From Paramecium tetraurelia (taxonomy: Eukaryota), in contig CT868674.1 in assembly GCA_000165425.1 (NCBI GenBank), forward strand, positions 1 through 64,000: 64,000 nt of DNA, written 5' to 3'. The stretch's first letter is position 1; each line of letters starts with the position of its first letter. The notes below the pieces were generated by a model. The model saw only the letters and a list, made by a program, of their open reading frames with translations, was not told where the DNA came from and searched no databases. Below are positions 41,213 to 54,300 of the stretch, one piece after another. Made by a program: the position numbers and the translations under genes.

Positions 41213-44200
41213 ATGAGTTTTTCAGATGATTCAGAAGATGAGGAGGAAATCAAAAAGCGACTTTATGCAGATCTAGATTAAGTGTCAGTCAATGATAATT
41301 AGACTGAAAGGAGTTTCATATTTGAATAGCACAATTATGAAACCCATGATTATAAGCAATCTAAAATATGGTTAGAGTTCATGAATCAAAATAAACAGAG
41401 AGAGGAAATGTTGGACAAGATTGAGAACGATATTTAGTTGATGAAGTAAATTAATCAAGGCAATTAATGTATTGAAATTGAAGATTATAATGGGGATCGT
41501 CTCAAAGTGGAACTAAATGATCAACTGCCAAATGAGATTATTACTTAAATCAAAGAACAACCCTAACAAAAAATCATTTTACACGAGGAAATCTTGCTTC
41601 AACAATAACCCACACCAATCTTAGATTTACAAAAATCTAGCACTTCATTAACAGTTAATTAAAACTAAGTCCGAGCCCCATCTGCTAAACAGACAAAACC
41701 CAATAAATAAAATCTATAAGATCAAAAGCTAGAATTAATGTATCAATAAAGAGAGATGATGCAAATGGAAATTGAGGACAATTATTCTAGAGAATATTAA
41801 GACTAATGGATGAGATAGCTATTTAAAAATAGACTCTACACTCTACCTGAAGAGTTCCCTGCCTTGAAACCAATAGCATTCCAAATAAAAATACCAGATT
41901 TCAGTATACCGGTCTTCAAAACTCCCTCAATCTAGATACCTTAAATATTGGATTTGGTGGAAGACAATCTCGCTCCAAGTAACACCAAAGAGTTGGTTTT
42001 CACGAGATTACAGAATATTAAGTTTTAAAAATTTAAATATGTTGAAACCCAACAAGAAGCAAAGCCAAACAAAGAACTCTAATAATTGTAATAGATTGAT
42101 TCTGAACTCAAATATAATATTGTCTATTAGGATTATTTAAAGAACCAATAGTAATTGGTGTTGAGTGATACAGTTGAAGACATTTATTGGAAAAAGGTGA
42201 ATAATCTGCATTAGGATTTAATGAATACGTAATGCATTGTTTTTATTTTAGGATTAATAAGTTGATACAAAAATTTCCCAAGTACAATTCTTATCGATCT
42301 CCTTTTACTGAGTACGAATAGCCTAAAACGAATTTAGATAACATCAGCATTGCAGAAGATAATTCTAACTTGAACCTATTTCAATAATATATTCAAAACA
42401 ATCAGGTTTCTAAATATACCAGGAAATTGGAAATAAAACTTGAAAACCTAACCACACTTGATGGGATTTAGGAAATGAAGGATATAAGAAAGGTGATCCT
42501 ATCTTGCAATCAACTCAATGACCTTTCTCCTCTTTCAGCATTAAATAATATAATTGAAGTGGATCTTTAATAAAACAACATTCAGTCATATAATTAATTA
42601 GGTAAATTGAGTAATCTAAGAATTCTACGTCTCGAAATGAATCACATCTAAGAAATGAGTAAACTTCCAAACTGCCTATTTCTGGAAGTGTATTCTTTAA
42701 AGGGCAATAAAATTCACTCAATGACTAATTTGGAAAATTTAGAGTTCTTGAAGCAATTATACCTTTATAAAAATTAATTAAAGAGTGTAGGGAATATATC
42801 AAAATGTTTAATTTTGGAGATTCTTGATTTGAGTTCAAATCAAATTGAAATTGGATTGAATGAGAACCCTTTTAAAAACAACCAATGCCTACGTAAATTG
42901 ATTCTGACTAAGAACAAAATATAGCATTTACCTGAAATGAGACTGCTTTTATTGAATGAGTTGTATCTGAACAAGAACAAACTTGAATCCCTTGATGGAA
43001 TAATTTACTTACCCTCATTGCAGGTATTCTTTTATTTTATAAGATTTTATAAGTTTAAGATAACCAATTACAGACTTGTTATGATACTGAATATTCGATC
43101 TCTTACATTCCCAATATTTAGTAGATAGATTTATCAGGCAACAGAATTTAATCCTTTGGAACCATAATCAATTTCATTCAAAGATGCAATGAATTAAAAC
43201 AAATCAACTACCTCGAGAACCCGTTTTTGCTTGGTTTGTCTGAAGTATGAATTAACCATTATACTAGGAAGTACTTCAATTGTATCGATACATGTTGATT
43301 ATTAACTGTTCATAGTTGATTGAAGTCAACCAAGCACTATTAAATAAGAAGGATCAAGAATTCTTGAAAGACAAATTTTACGGTTTTTTAGAACCTCCTT
43401 AACGAAGATCGTAATAGTTAGATTTGGAGAGAAGTTTCAATAAGTTAGTCAACCAATTGAATAACAACACTCAAATAATGCATAAGATTAATGGATTGGA
43501 GCAAAGGAAAATCACGAAGATTCATCCCTTTACATACACAGAGAGATTCAAGATCATTCAAATTTTAAATGATTTAACGTTTATCAAGAACAACTTCTAG
43601 ATCAATGTTGATGTAGACAAAGAGATTTCTGATTTCAATTTAAAATATTAGAAGTCCCTCTTTAAAGTTTAGTCATTGTTAATTAAATGGATTTACAGGT
43701 TCAAAAGAAGATAAAAGTATTATAAGTCAAAAGTAAATTAATTGATAATTGTTCAATCCTTAATAAGGGGGTATATAGCAAGAAATCAACCTAATGTAAA
43801 GTAATTTAGGCAGAAGAATAATAAGAAGAAATTGCATATATATGCTATTAGAATTTAAAAGGCTTGGAGAAGATACATCATCAGGAAAAGAAAAAGCGAT
43901 AGGATGAAGAATATAAAGTTTGAAGACAGTGAATTGGATGAGTTAGGCGAGATTGATGTGGACTTTTTACAATAAGATATTGATCTTAATTTTGACTTGA
44001 GAATTCCCTAAGGAATAGATTTGTAGCAGGTTTTCAAATAAAGTCAAAATTAACATCAAATACTATAACAATAAATCACTTAATAAGCACAATAAAAGGT
44101 TTAGTAACAATAAGTGCCTTTTAAATAATCAGCTTCTAGCACCAAGAAACCACAAAACAATGTCGATGCCTAGATGAGAACTTCTCATCTATCAGGGACT

Positions 44201-44450
44201 CAATCGTAGTCTCAAATGGGGCAAAGCAAATACAGTGAAAAAACTACAAAGACAGATTCTCTACCAACAATTGGAGAACGTACTAAAGTAAGATTCTGTT
44301 TAGATTTAGAAAATAATGCAAAATTGGAACTTTAAGGATCCTGCTGTGGCCTACACAATTGCTTGCAAGTTGGAGAAGGAACAGAAGAGAAAGAGCAAGA
44401 CTAAGGAACTAAATCATTAGGAGAGATTAGAGAGATTTAAGAAACATTGA
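41213..44450 (+). CDS. LRRIQ1: Leucine-rich repeat and IQ-motif protein (LRRIQ1-like)
   Basis: Acidic N-terminus, tandem LxxLxLxxNxI repeats at ~42420-43250, IQ motifs (IVQSLIRGYIAR, IRIQKAWRRY). C-terminal WNFKDPAVA...ERLERFK resembles the LRRIQ1 tail. Confidence 0.75.
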
Positions 44451-44474
44451 AATAATTTTTATTTTGCTTATTAA

Positions 44475-46577
44475 ATGGGAACATCTGCTCAATCACATAT
44501 GAATTCTACTTCTTTCTTCAAGACATTTAGGAGTTAGTTTCGACCGATAGAGATCAAGGGAGAGAAGATCGATGGACAAGTTTATGTTTGTGATGCAAAT
44601 TAAGAGATGATCATCGAATATCCAAACAGAATCCTCGATTAGGAGTCGGATGAACTCTGGCACTAATCTTAATCTATGATTCAACATATTTAAGCCCCCT
44701 ACATTATCAATTATTATGGGAGTGCGGAAAGACAATCGCAGGAAATGTGTTCCTCATACTCAACGATATTCAGTTATTACGAGTATATTCCTCATAATTT
44801 ATAGAAGTATGTCATTATGTTTAAGATAGAGAAATTAATGAAAGGAAAGATAATCGAGAATAGTTTGCAGAAAAGGAAATTTGGTATTTGTTATGGTCTT
44901 TGTCCCAGGCACTTTATGAACTAAAATAAAAGGGTTACAATCATAAAGACTTAAGACCAGTCACTGTTGCATTAAAGCGAAATGGCATGGTCAAACTATG
45001 TCCCATAGGTGTTCTGTAGGACCAAAAAAACTCGGTTGCTAGGTTTGTAGTTGAAAATTAATAAACTTACATTCCTACTACATTGAAGAAATAGTTGATA
45101 AACTAATCATAGCCATAAATCAATTGGAACAAAATAGATTCATTTGCCTTAGGACACATAATTCTTGATCTTATGATACTTGATGTGCCCGTATTGGTTG
45201 ATAATCAATAAATTTCATAATTATAGATGTTATGTTACAATCGCTTTTCCTAACAATTAATTCGAATAATGGAACATCTTATGTTAGAAACTGATAATTA
45301 ACTACTAGTAGAGGATGTTTACTATTTATTGAAACCATATTCAGAAAGAATCAATAACTTATAAGACTTTTAAATTAATTTTGAAGATGTCAAATAACTA
45401 GCAATCCCTTTAAATAGCATGTCAAAATTAAGGTTAAAATCAATTATAGAAACTTCATATAAGCAATCAGAAATACTATATGAATCTTAATAAGTTGATA
45501 ACACTCAATATTAATAACAACTAAAGGTGAATATCCAACAGCAATTAATTATAGAAGAACAAAAGCAATAATTACTACTCTAATAATAAAAATACCAGTA
45601 ATAACTTTAAATTTAGCAACAAACTTCAAATCAATAACAATATACTAATACTGTTTTACAATAATAAATTTAACAACAATTATAATAGCCCAACATTAAT
45701 CAATAAGCAGTATTAATCCAATAACCCACAATTACTTAGTAAATCATTCCATAACCTCCGCCTATACAATAATAGCAAGTCATCACCTAATAACAACCTC
45801 CTAATATTATATAATAATAGCAACCTTCTCCTTAACAACACGTAGTAATCCCAAGACCTCCTTAAACACAACAGCAGTTAATTCAAAGTCCAGATTTAAG
45901 AAAGTCTGTATCTCCTTAGCCCTAAAAGATCGTTAATTAATAGCCTCAATTACTATAAAGATTATTAATGTAATCATAGCAGATTCCATAACCACCATAA
46001 GTTATACCTCCAAAATAACAATAGCCATTGCCTATAGTGACTCCCATATCACCAGTTAATCCAATCAAAATACCACAACAGTATTACCAACCCTAAATTC
46101 CTCCTCCTCAACCTCCTCCTGTTGCATAACCTATTTAAAATGTCTATGTACCTCCACAACCTCCAAATATACTGTAATAACAACCCATCCAAAGACCTGT
46201 TGTATAGTAAAATGCTCCGATTCAATTGCCAGTTATTTATTTGAATAGGCCTCCTCCAACAAACAATTATAATTAGTCGCCTCCAGGTTAAAAAATTCCA
46301 GTTCAATTAGTATAAACAGTAGCTCCGATGGTATATTTGTTATAATAATAAAATGTAGAATGACTAATTTGATAGGGAGATCACTGTTTTGGAGTACTAG
46401 CCCTAAAGAAACCAGCCATTAAGGGCTTCTAATCAAGTTCCATAAACATAATAAAAATATTCCTCGCCTTAGACGAGATAAGTAAGATGATTGATTTAAA
46501 GTTAGTCGAACAATTTTGATAGAATTCGTAATGTCATTTAAGATTCAGATGAGTTGTTGTAATAATAGCATAAGTGA
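44475..46577 (+). CDS. Protein-kinase-fold protein (probable pseudokinase) with a long Gln/Pro-rich tail
   Basis: EKEIWYLLWSLSQAL...HKDLRPVTV...VKLCPIG (no DFG), KIDSFALG. Introns at ~44807, 46331 and 46482. Gln/Pro-rich region 45500-46320. Confidence 0.8.
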
Positions 46578-46847
46578 AGAAAATTAACATTATATTTATT
46601 AAGTGGATACAGTCAAATTATTATTCTAAATATTTAATTAAAAAATTCATTTTCCATATAAAATGATGAATTCTTATCGTTATAAAAGATGTGTTGCAGG
46701 AAGAATATGTTTTTATTGTTGTGTTTTTGTGGAATAGTGATAAGTTATTGGTGTAAGTCATAGAGGTTGTGCATAAATAATAATAAATATTAGATTTTCT
46801 TATATAAAAATGAGTATTTCTTGAAATGAAATGAAAGCATATAAAAA

Positions 46848-47273
46848 TCAATCACATTTTAATAAAGAACTTCTCGTTTAGATGTATTTTTAGAGAAATT
46901 TATCTTCAAATAAGATTAACTATTTAACTAATTCCAAATCTTAATTTGTTCGACTTATTAAAGTGAAGAATTCATCAAGATGCTAAGCATTTCTTCCAAA
47001 TTTCCTACGGAATTATTTGTATATTTCATTAATCCTTTACATATCTTCATTAGAAGTTGAATTCCATATCTTATAATGTGATAAATTCGATTTTTTAAAT
47101 TCTATCTATCTTTTACTTAGTAGAGTGGCAGGCAGCACTGCTTGATGCATTTTTCCAATGGGAACATCATCTTTTTGCGCCTTCAGCATATTAACAACAT
47201 CGGGTGGTAAAGAAGACTTCTATGCTGGCGAGTTATTATCACTTATTTATGTTATATCGCTAGATTGTGACAT
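46848..47273 (-). CDS. 141-aa hypothetical protein with an ELM2-like motif
   Basis: Intronless code-6 ORF. VPIGKMHQAVLP...IWNS resembles the ELM2 I.VG..YQA.IP...LW pattern. Confidence 0.65.
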
Positions 47274-47380
47274 TGTATAAATGAATATAATTTTATATTA
47301 ATTTTATTATTGATTTAATAATGAATTAAAGAATACCATAAGATTAGATAAATTGTATACATATATCTATATTATATAAT

Positions 47381-48671
47381 TCATTTGTAAAAATTAAACT
47401 CTTTCTCAGTTTTCCTAACTACAATTTTGTAGGCTTTATCGAAGTCCTTCTGTATGACAACATACCTGTTCTTCCTTACAGCCTGCATTCCAGCTTCTTA
47501 ACAGATGGCAGCAATGTCAGCATTACTAATCTTATCAGGTCTGTTGATGAAAGCCTCCAAATCAACTTCCTCTGATAAATTCATTTTTGATGTAACGGTT
47601 TAGAATATCAATCGCTTTTATCTTCTGTCAGGGAGAGGGAATTCAATCTTCCTATCAAGACGTCTAAAATGTATAGTTAAATTAAGCCTACCCAGGTCTG
47701 AGAAGTGCTGGATCAAGAGTATCAGGCCTATTGGTAGCCATGATCACTTTAACATTAGTACTTTAATCGAAACCGTCCATTTGATTGAGTAATTCAATAA
47801 GAATTCTTTAGACTTCTCTATCAGCTCCTGTTTGTGCATCAAAACGTCTAAAATTTGAATAAGTTGCTGAAATACTTTGTTGCAATAGAATCGACTTCAT
47901 CAATGAATATGATGCTTGGGGCATTCTCTCTTGCCAATCTGAAAACATCTCTAACCATTCTAGGTCCTTCTCCCAAATATTTCTATACGAATTCTGATCC
48001 GACAACTCTAATAAAGGATGCAGTGGTATGATGAGCAACAGCTTTGGCTATCATTGTCTTTCCAGTACCAGGAGGGCCATACAGTAAGACACCTCTTGGT
48101 GGATCAATACCAATTTGTCTATATAATTCAGGACAAGACAGAGGCAATTCAATAGCTTCTTTGATTTCTTACTTCTATTAATCCAAACCACCAATGTCTT
48201 AATAGCTTACATCAGGTTTTTCTTTTTATCAAATATTATTAAATACCTGTTACATGCATCATTTGAATTGAAGAATCTGTTTCTGTCGGCAAAATATCAA
48301 CAACACTATGTGAATGTCTATGTAAAGCAATTGAGGTATTGGGTTTCAATTTTTCTCTGTCCAAGGTGCTGAGCACTCTGACATAGAGAGTAGCTCCACC
48401 ATTTGAATTTATCAAAGCATAATTCTCATTCATCATTTCATTAAAATGACTATAGATTATTAGATTCTAATATATACCCAACTGTTAAGGGGACTGCCTA
48501 GATTCTTTTTAATTCTTCTCTGCTTCTCACTAATTCTCTTTTCAATCTTTTTTGATCATCTTTCAAATATTATTCTTATATGTCTAAATACTCCAATTCT
48601 TGTTCTTTCAATTTGAGCTGTTTGAAGAGTTCAAGTTCCTCCTAGGTTAAATTCTGAGTTTCCACTTCCAT
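47381..48671 (-). CDS. RPT3: 26S proteasome AAA-ATPase regulatory subunit 6B
   Basis: [65 protein letters not shown]. Four short introns. Confidence 0.96.
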
Positions 48672-48782
48672 TTAATTTCAAAATTATTTAATTAATCATA
48701 CTGGTGACACGAATTGTCATCCTTATAAAGAAAGATAAAAAAAATAAAATATGTTTATATATGGACTTCGTGTGGATGCTTT

Positions 48783-49463
48783 TCAGTTTTTCTCCTGGTC
48801 TATTTTTTACTGCAGCAAATGATGGAAAGATGTAGCTTCCTGATATATGTAGAAAATTTTAATTCAACTTCAAGTTTTTTGCGAGTCTCCAATTACAATT
48901 CTTCGGTTTGTTTCTTCTGTGATTCCAGCTACTACTTTAATTGGCGCTTTCTCTCCACTTCAATTTCAAGGTCCAACTCCAACAATTTATATGAGTGAGG
49001 CAAATCTCTTAAGCCCTTTAGATTTTCAGACTGGATGTATTTTGTATAAGCGTGATGCACTTCAACACCACTCTCTTGATACTTGTGCAATACAACTATT
49101 CCGATGTATATTTTGAATACCCAATTTCTCTCGATCAACCTATTGATTGTATTTCTCATCCTCCAACTATCTAATTGCTTCTGCCTTGAGCCCAATTAAA
49201 TGCTGCATAGATAATAATGAGTCCCTAAGGAGAGGATCAATGAAACATATTTTTTAATTGTAATCTAATTGATATTTTAGAAGTTTACTTTTTCTCTTTA
49301 AATCCCAGACTTTCTATTATAGAGTTTTAAAAAACAATTTCAGATCTTTCAACTCCTAGGTCTTCTGATCCTCAATTATTTGCAGTTCATATTTCAACCC
49401 CTATATTCAGAATACAAACGATCTTACATTCAGAGCGTCTAAATTAGTATTGTTCTTTATCAT
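48783..49463 (-). CDS. Hypothetical coiled-coil protein (~190 aa)
   Basis: Frame maintained through 3-4 short introns (e.g. 49401-49427). Ends ...LLQQKIDQEKN*. Exon boundaries partly inferred. Confidence 0.6.
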
Positions 49464-49509
49464 TATTAATTTAATTTAATATAAATATATATATATTATT
49501 ATTATCATT

Positions 49510-51159
49510 TCACTATTAATTAATATTCCTTCTTTTATTGAATGATTAAATAGGGTTCTCTTATAGTAAATCCAAATCCTTCTATTTAGAGAACCCATTC
49601 ATCTACTGTTGTCTCAAATAATTTAGATTTAAATATGGCGTCGTGGAAATTTATTGAGTGAAGGTTTAATTAGATGTAGCTCCGACTTGATCCTCATTCT
49701 ATTGAACGAACTGATCGTTGACCAAAAATGGAGAAGCCAATATGGATCCAATTATGAAGGGAGATGCAGAACTTACCTTATACATATTGGCTATTTTCGG
49801 CAACTGTAAGGATGAATTTTAATGACAATCTCCTTCATCAACAATTCCAGGAGACAATTGTCTCAAACATTGATTCTCAAAGTACTGATATCCTGGAGAA
49901 GTTAAACATTATAACATCATCAAAGGGGTTGGATTTTTCAAATCATCCTAATTAAAAGTGGATTGTAAGTTTAATGCCAACTTCATTTCTTCTGGATTAA
50001 AATTCATCTATTATTGTAACTACTACAATTATTGTAATTATTAATTTTATTATATTTATTATTACAATTATAATTATTAAGATTATGCATACATTTATTA
50101 TTACGCTTATTAAACAAAAGATTACTGAGATTATTGTTCTTCCTATTTTATTATTTTTGGTATGTTTTTTTGTTTTTTAGCATCTGCTTTTTGTTCCTTA
50201 TTTCTCATTCCCTTCTTATGTCTGCCTCTCTTACCAATTATCCCTTACTTATTTGAATCCATATGCGCAGAACTACTAATATGATAGTCACATACTTTTT
50301 TCTGATGTATTGTTTGATCATTTCTATTTCATCACATTCATCATCCTTGCATATTTTGTGTATTAATGACTTGTATCTTATGTAAGTGTGTAATTCAATT
50401 ACCTATTTTTGACTTGATTCTCAGTTCTCCCATTCAATTACTGTGAAATTTACGACCACTTTTTTCCATTTTTCACAACACTATTTAAAACAATCAAATC
50501 TTCTTTGAGCAACCACTGTTCTCTAAGAGTAAGGCTGATAAATTACTTATTTAATTCAGGATTTAAATAATTCATCCATCGCTCTCTAATTTATTTTGGT
50601 GTTCGAATATGCCCTTGCAAATTCTTCTCATAAAGAGACACAGCAATCTACGTCCAGATATGCTTATTCTTTTGACTATTATACAATAAGGAATGCACTC
50701 TTACTTCATTTAATTCCTGATAAAATCGTCTTCCTCTTAAGTCCAATTGGTTGATTTCATCTATGGATTTATCAAGGTGATCCATCTTTGCTATAAGGTG
50801 TGCTTATCTATTTTAAGAATGTGTTCAAAAATAATCCAATCCCTCGCATCCTAAATTATAATCAATTAAACTTCTACCGGTCGAATGGCAATTTGATTTT
50901 GCTTCTCAAAATATTTAACTAGAAACCATATTAAAAATAGTTTAAAGGAATTATCCCATTTTCGTTTGCTTCGTAATTTTTCATCTTCCAAAAAGCTAAC
51001 TTAGAAACTTTAGCAAAACCTTTAACAAATCTGATCAAACTTCTTGTTTTGTGGGTAGATGAACTCTCCTCTAATCTTGAATTACTTTCTATAATCATCA
51101 GAAATGGGAGCCGATAGCTAATCACCTAAACTCGCTAGGAAGGTCTGAAATTCATCCAT
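49510..51159 (-). CDS. Myb-repeat transcription factor with a Gln-rich C-terminus
   Basis: QQRWITLINP..WTQEEDDFI, KQIRERWMNYLNPEL, GKKWSQISQQLNGRTENQVKNR. Short introns. C-terminal frame runs to the TGA at 49510. Confidence 0.88.
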
Positions 51160-51319
51160 TTTTAATTATAATTATAAGATTGAGAAATTATTATTTTAAT
51201 ATAAGCTAACTTGAGAAAAGTGATAGAAACAACAAAATAAAGACCGATAATCTTATTCATCTTAAATGTAAATTTGAATTTGTAATGGTGTTGATAATTT
51301 GATAATTAATTAAATATAA

Positions 51320-54300
51320 ATGCAACAATTCTCTAACTAAACAATTATTTCTGACTAAACTCATATTCAGCAATCTAATCGTTATTTTTAAACATCTGAT
51401 AAACAAGACTTAAACACATTTCAGTAATTAGACACTGGCTTCCCATTCCAAAATATTTTTGATCTCTCCATATTCGAGGCCAATCAATCTCAACAAGAAT
51501 AGCCAAACAATTCAATCAAAGAGATGGTTAATTCAATGCTTGCTTCGATCTCCAACAACGAGGAGATCTTGGGAATGACGTCTGCTAACATAGATGATGA
51601 TCAATTTGACGATTAGTTGGATGATCTAGAATTTAGGGAATGTCTATACGAACTATAACAAAAGGCCCTTAATCAAAATTGTATCTTACACCAAGAGAAT
51701 TACAAAACCCAAGTGGCAACTTTGTTGATGTGGAATTAATTGTATAAAAATCCAAACAAAAAAGTTGGAGTTTTGACAACCACAATTCAGAAAGCTGACA
51801 ACTTAGCCAAATAAATCAAAACCCTGCTACCGAGATTGGTTGAAACATATTTAGGTGATTAAAGCATTTTGAAAAAGGCACAAGAGTTTTGTGACAATTT
51901 ATAAATCATACATCCTAATAAATGTACAGATTTGTGGAATAATTTAGTTTGGTAAGTAATGTTGCAAGAAAACAATATATATGTAATGACAAGTGAAATT
52001 TTTGTGAACTCTTTAAGAAGAGGCTATTGGAATTTTACAGATTTTAGTTTCATTTATTTGGATGATTGCTAAAGCACTATTTTTGACAATTCTTATAACC
52101 ATCTCTTTAAAGAGTTCTATTTTCCCTTAAAGTCATCACTTCAGGTACCCATTATTGTTGGTGTGTATAATAATTCTATGTATGCAAATAATAAATTTAT
52201 AGCTGATGAATAAATTCTAAAAGACCTAGTACAATTATGTGCTAATATGGATGCCCGCTTTATAAATATTAATATTGAGGCAGTTAAATAGAGGATCAAA
52301 GAAACTAAAATAACCATCTCTACATATAAATCCTAAATTGATGAATCTAAAATTCATAAAATGCTTTATAGCAATAATCAATATAGGAAGCTTAATAGCT
52401 ATCTCCATGATAAGGAGATGTCGAATAACATCTCGTACATGTTAAAAGACTTTACAGATGTTCTCTCAGAATTTAAATCTAATCATAATTAATCAGCCAA
52501 TATTTCCGAGAAAATAATAGCCAACTACTTTGAATAAGTATTGCTAAAACAAGCTTGGGCCGTGTGTTTTGAACTAGGTTAATATCCATTCAGTATAAAT
52601 AATTAATTACACTTTAGATTTGATACTAAAATTTATTATTTAACAATTTTAATTATACTTCAACACTAAACAGCTTTAATGTACAGAATTTAGTATACAC
52701 AACAAATTGGAATGGTTACTGACTGAGACCAGATAACTAAAAAATTAAAACACATTATCCCCTAAGATTAAACTTCTTCATAATTTACTCACTTAGACTT
52801 ATGAAAATCCATAAATTGCTAATAATCGTATTCTTATCTATGTAAAACATTAAAACTTGGCATTCTATCTCCTTAAAACATTGTAATATATCTCTTAATC
52901 CAAATCCTAAGGTAACCTTTCATATTTAAATAGGTTTAAAAATTGGGATGGTTGAGAAAATCAAGGAGGAATCCGATTAAAAGAGAATGTAAATAGATTT
53001 TACTTACATTTATTAAGAACTATATTAAAATCTTTAAAGATCTCAAATTCAGTTCTCACTTTCGGATTTAAAAAACGAATTGGTTTAATTAGATTAGATT
53101 TTTAATTTAGATTAATTAATATATGAATCTAAATAAAATTGTGAGTTGGATTAATGTTAAGTAGTAATTACATCTTAATTGGATGTAAACTTTGCTTTCG
53201 ATTTCCAACAATTAATTTGCTTTAATCCATTACCTCATACCATTTATGATTAACTGATGCGCCAGATGAAGGATAAACAGTTATAAATTATCATGATGAG
53301 AGAAGATGAGAACACAAATAAAAAATAAAAGATTTAATTCAACTATTAATCTAACTTTTACAATCCTCAAAAAGTTGAAAAAATTATAGATGAATGTACA
53401 ATCCCCTAAAGAGAACAAATTTTACAGAAGGCGATCGATAATTTATGTATAAATCATTGATATAAAGAAAACAAGGCTATCCACAACATGCATTATGAGT
53501 GTTATACGATACAAAAAAGCGGGGCTTTGCTGAATACAAATTGGGCTTGTAATTTGATTGAATATTTTAATCTGTAAATTAATTTAGAAAAAAAAGGTAC
53601 AAAAGTCTCCAAGTATGCTATTTATTAGTTAAAAAATGGATAGCAAAAATAAAGTGATCATTATATCGCCTTTTTGTTACTCCCAAATTAAGTATAGAAT
53701 ACCATTTTTTATGGTAACAAAGCTTAAGGGGCTAAAGAAGCAAAAGCATCAGTGGCTTTTTAGGCTGCCATTCAATTATATTAAAAAGGATATTTTGATT
53801 GTCATCTCAATTCCTATATCTAGAATAATATAGGATAAAATATTGGAGCTCATCAGGTGGATCCTTCAGTAATCATGGTAATTAAATCTTATTAATTTAT
53901 AGACAAAAGAGTAATTAAACATCCAATCCAAATACTGTTTAATTATTAGATAAAAGTACATCTCTATTTTAAGAGGTATGGTTAAAGAAAGAAAATACTA
54001 TCACACATGTTAAAAGTCATTGCTTGTTAATGAGAAGCAAGAATCAATTTTTATTAAACAAAAATGCAAATTTTAGAAGGAAAGCATACAACTAATATAT
54101 CCTAAATAATTTCAAGAAAAATTGAAATAATGTTAGACATTCTTAAAAATGCTTGATATCAGTTTACTGGAAGAACAGACAATATCCTAAGATGAATATT
54201 TGGAATTATATAAAAAGTATATCGAATCAATTATATATGAAGAGGATTTAATATCAACGTAAAACGATCATTTTACTAGAGCACGCTCAGGTAAAGCATC

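Noticed and set aside
45480..46320. taa/caa/tag triplet runs as a tandem repeat, CRISPR-like array or satellite
   Set aside because: They are Gln codons in low-complexity coding regions (also ~50010-50090); there is no repeat-spacer periodicity.
49542..49990. A plus-strand gene starting at ATG 49542
   Set aside because: No consistent frame; the minus strand is open throughout as the C-terminus of the Myb gene.
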